From Bacteroidales bacterium (lineage in GTDB: Bacteria > Bacteroidota > Bacteroidia > Bacteroidales > TTA-H9): DNA of 64,000 bases. Both the position numbers and the translations under genes were made by a program. Below the pieces are notes generated by a model. It searched no databases. It worked only from the letters and a program-made list of their open reading frames with translations, and was not told the DNA's origin. Location of the stretch: the NCBI GenBank assembly GCA_030656615.1, contig JAUSOY010000056.1:50-64049 (forward strand). Direction: 5' to 3'. Shown here piece by piece: positions 61,202 to 64,000 of the stretch; position 1 is the stretch's first letter; each line of letters opens with the position of its first letter.

Positions 61202-62506
61202 TCCGAAGTCTCGTGCTTTCTGCGATGATTTTGTAGGATTCCAGGCATCTTTATACGATGAGTACCAAAAAATTTCCTTAAAATATGCCATTGTACGGAT
61301 TACCCTCATATAATAACCATTATAAATCATCATGAGAGGGATATAATACATCAAACGCCATTCGGTTCTCCATCGCTCTGAAAGGCCAAGGACAACTAGG
61401 AACTGAATGGTAGTACCCATCGAATAAATCATAAATTTCAAAGGGATAATAAACATTAAGAAGGGCATATTTGTGAGTACCAAATCAATGATATAGTACC
61501 ACCAAAATAAATCAAGGATAAGGTTATAAAACACATTATCGAATAATGCGAAGAAATTTGAAAAATTAAAAGCTGCATCGGGTTGGAATACATCTTTATG
61601 TTTACGCAAACGAAAACGGATAAGCGATTTTGACCACCTAAGGCGCTGGTTCGACAATGCCTGAAATCTAACTGGAGCACTCGTTAATCCAACTGCTTTA
61701 TTTTCAAAAGCAATTTTATATCCAAGTTTCCTGAATTTCACAGTAATATCACCATCCAATCCGGGGCCGATATCCCACCCACCCAAACGGTCGAGTAAGT
61801 CCTTACGGAAAGCACCAAATGCACCTGAAATAATCTTATATATTCCGAGGAAAGAAGTTACTTTTCGTCCCACTGAAATTGTCTGCAAATATTCAATAGC
61901 CTGGAGACTGGTAGCAATAGATTCATCATAATTTCTTACCTTGATATTTCCACCAACTCCTCCTACGTTATCTTCAAGGTAAAATGGAATCATAATACGT
62001 TCGATAGCATCACGATCAAAAGATGTATCAGCATCAACATGAACTACATATTTACCTTTGCAATACCTAAGAGCCAGGTTAGCAGCACTGGCTTTGCCTC
62101 CACGTTCTTCATTCCTCAGAAAAACATCAATCAATCCATTTTCCTTCAGATTGCGACAAATTACTTCAGTATCATCATTAGAACCATCATCTACAATAAT
62201 AAACTCAAGGTTGCGGTATGTTTGCTCACGCATCCCTTTAACCAATTTATAGATATGCTTCCCTTCGTTTTTCCCTGGAACAATTATAGAGACCAATGGA
62301 TTCTCTGCCAAAAATTCATTTCTGGCTCTTTCATAATTTAACCGGCGTTTACGGGAAGGTATAATACTGATAATGAGAACTAATACATCAAGCACCAAAA
62401 ATCGGGGAGCCTCTATATAGAAGTAGTACCAGAACAGATTGATGATTCGCATGAATCCCTCATGTTCCAGAAAGTAAAATAGATTTTCCCAATAGGTAGT
62501 TAACAT
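61196..62506 (-). CDS. Processive family-2 glycosyltransferase (PgaC / cellulose-synthase-like membrane-embedded polysaccharide synthase)
   Basis: The motifs are VSIIVPGKNE, IIVDDGSNDDT, HVDADT (DxD), GAFGAFRK and QRLRWSKS (QxxRW). N-terminal and C-terminal TM blocks flank the catalytic domain. Confidence 0.85.
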   Translation of the reverse strand: MLTTYWENLFYFLEHEGFMRIINLFWYYFYIEAPRFLVLDVLVLIISIIPSRKRRLNYERARNEFLAENPLVSIIVPGKNEGKHIYKLVKGMREQTYRNLEFIIVDDGSNDDTEVICRNLKENGLIDVFLRNEERGGKASAANLALRYCKGKYVVHVDADTSFDRDAIERIMIPFYLEDNVGGVGGNIKVRNYDESIATSLQAIEYLQTISVGRKVTSFLGIYKIISGAFGAFRKDLLDRLGGWDIGPGLDGDITVKFRKLGYKIAFENKAVGLTSAPVRFQALSNQRLRWSKSLIRFRLRKHKDVFQPDAAFNFSNFFALFDNVFYNLILDLFWWYYIIDLVLTNMPFLMFIIPLKFMIYSMGTTIQFLVVLGLSERWRTEWRLMYYIPLMMIYNGYYMRVIRTMAYFKEIFWYSSYKDAWNPTKSSQKARDFGL

Positions 62507-62512
62507 GTTTTA

Positions 62513-63898
62513 TTAATTTGCCATCAATTGATTGATGCAATCAGTATGATTCTGTGAGCCGGTAATAGAAATCACCCGAGTATCAAATTTAAAGGGTGTT
62601 AATGGCAAACTCGACTGTAGAAGTTTCTCCATGGATGAACGAATATTATTCAGTAAACTCTGGAGTTCAGAAGATTCATTATTAGGACTTATAATCAGGA
62701 AGGTAGTATTATTTACAAAAGATAGTATATCGGTAGAAAGCGTTGCATTTTTGATAAAATCAGCCATTTCGAGCATTAACTTTTTATAGGATGAGCCCAT
62801 TTTTACTCTATCTTCCGAACTTATTCTTAGAATCAGACTTCCGACAGCACTTGGTTTTTGAGAGTTCTTTGAGCGCTCGATTTCATATTTAAGGAAGATA
62901 TTGAACGTTGTAAATGTGATAAATCCTTGAATATCAAATTCTTCTTTTACCTCTCGTCCAAAACCATTTACGGCACTCTCTTCACCAATTTGGGTTAAAT
63001 CATACGAATATATTGATTTATCAATCAGCGCATCAATGGGATTTCTTTTCTGACAGACAAAACAGAAAGCTTCCATAACGGGTTCCTGAAAAATGTGTGA
63101 ACAATTATGACAATTATACACAACACTCGGCTTGTCATAATCTACACCTATATGGCGAAGCATACGATTGCATTTCGGACATACCATATAATCATCTGAA
63201 ATAAAGTCATGCTCAGGTCCAACATATGCACAAACAAAATGGTGAATCAGATTTTCGGTTATGATATCAAGCGATTCACATTTCGGACATGTTTCTCTGA
63301 AATTCAGAAAAGATGAATAGCACTCACTGCATAGATGGAGTTTATCCACGAAAGTTGGTCGTGCATATTCATTATGCGCGATGTTGTCGAGAACCCGAAA
63401 CATTTCTACGGTGTTTCCATTGTTATAATGGTCTGACAGCATTGGATAACTATATCCTATATGTGATTTTGGATCGATGATTGGTTCAATTTTTCTTTCA
63501 CGGGTATACATATATCGTAAAAACTTTGTCATAATTCTCACCTCGGGAGATGAGGAATCAATAACGGCAAGATTTTGCTGTTTTGAACGTATGCGGTCGA
63601 TCAATCCGATGATAGGCTCAACTTGTAATGAAGATATTACTCCATCGCTAAGTACCTCAACGGTTTTTGTAATATCCTTATTCAACGACAATATAAAAAT
63701 TGGCATTAAATAAAGAGTCCCAATAAAAGAACCTCTACACTGTCTGATAAAGGCCTCACAACCCTGACGATCAGTATAATCGAGCACCACCGCATCATAT
63801 AACGCCAGTTGCCTGATATCTGTATTCTTAAAGTCAGAAATAAGACCAATTTCTTTTTTCTGATCATTAGGAATCTTTTTTATAGCAAATTCAGCCAT
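62513..63898 (-). CDS. Multi-zinc-ribbon protein with a receiver-like N-terminus and a degenerate GGDEF-like C-terminus (possibly the TackOD1 family, from memory)
   Basis: 461 aa. CxxC pairs occur at residues 190/193, 204/207, 240/243, 263/266 and 279/282, together with HHFVC. The C-terminal segment is collinear with a GGDEF fold, but NNTTF replaces GGDEF. Its stop is 6 nt before the GT2 start. Confidence 0.6.
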   Translation of the reverse strand: MAEFAIKKIPNDQKKEIGLISDFKNTDIRQLALYDAVVLDYTDRQGCEAFIRQCRGSFIGTLYLMPIFILSLNKDITKTVEVLSDGVISSLQVEPIIGLIDRIRSKQQNLAVIDSSSPEVRIMTKFLRYMYTRERKIEPIIDPKSHIGYSYPMLSDHYNNGNTVEMFRVLDNIAHNEYARPTFVDKLHLCSECYSSFLNFRETCPKCESLDIITENLIHHFVCAYVGPEHDFISDDYMVCPKCNRMLRHIGVDYDKPSVVYNCHNCSHIFQEPVMEAFCFVCQKRNPIDALIDKSIYSYDLTQIGEESAVNGFGREVKEEFDIQGFITFTTFNIFLKYEIERSKNSQKPSAVGSLILRISSEDRVKMGSSYKKLMLEMADFIKNATLSTDILSFVNNTTFLIISPNNESSELQSLLNNIRSSMEKLLQSSLPLTPFKFDTRVISITGSQNHTDCINQLMAN

Positions 63899-64000
63899 TG
63901 TACTTGTCGGTTTATAGGGTTATGATTACTAGAAATATTTCAACTTAGAAACTTTCACAGTAAATTTATAATAGCGCATCCACTTTAATTGATCATTTGT

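Noticed and set aside
1-64000. A scan for CRISPR arrays, tRNA/rRNA genes, transposases, integrases, prophage genes, toxin-antitoxin pairs or recognisable defence systems.
   Set aside because: I recognised none. The intergenic regions are short and AT-rich, with no direct-repeat/spacer pattern or tRNA-like GTTCGAATC-type arms. The AlbA_2/Schlafen-like gene (9064..9711) stands alone without nuclease or ATPase partners, so I did not call a defence system.

Overview
AT-rich (judged by eye, not computed) chromosomal segment that looks like Bacteroidota. Three proteins end in type IX secretion (T9SS) C-terminal domains, many genes sit behind a TAnnTTTG -7 promoter box, and most gene content is housekeeping or carbohydrate metabolism. 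I support about 45 protein-coding genes. Left to right: two T9SS surface proteins; a GH92 mannosidase; a TetR plus iron-sulfur flavoprotein pair; a methyltransferase; an AlbA_2/Schlafen-like protein. A cytoplasmic alpha-glucan/maltose locus follows (9.8-20.9 kb): a beta-phosphoglucomutase-GH65 phosphorylase fusion, two paralogous uridine-kinase-like P-loop proteins, GH13, MalQ and an MFS sugar transporter. This locus is interrupted by a DUF1848 gene, a small membrane gene and a decayed histidine-kinase fragment. Next come a five-gene CxxC thiol-disulfide cluster (21.3-23.5 kb), aroC, an AsmA-like protein, an SDR and an orphan multi-PAS histidine kinase. A single 17.6-kb gene (30993-48554) then encodes a 5,853-aa T9SS type-B cargo with about 19 SprB-type and about 45 PKD-type modules. 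After it lie an OmpA plus helix-hairpin-helix pair and a housekeeping string (HD hydrolase, sugar kinase, dgkA, PLP enzyme, lplA, EamA, mtaB, lgt, IMPase, NfeD, macro domain). At the right edge is a two-gene unit: a multi-zinc-ribbon, degenerate-GGDEF-like protein followed by a processive GT2 synthase. I recognised no rRNA, tRNA, CRISPR array, transposase or integrase. The best candidates for something undescribed are the regulator-GT2 pair, the duplicated kinase-glycosidase pairs (one kinase has a degenerate Walker A), the internal organisation and missing partner gene of the giant adhesin, and the CxxC relay cluster. All family assignments come from motif recognition by eye, not from searches.
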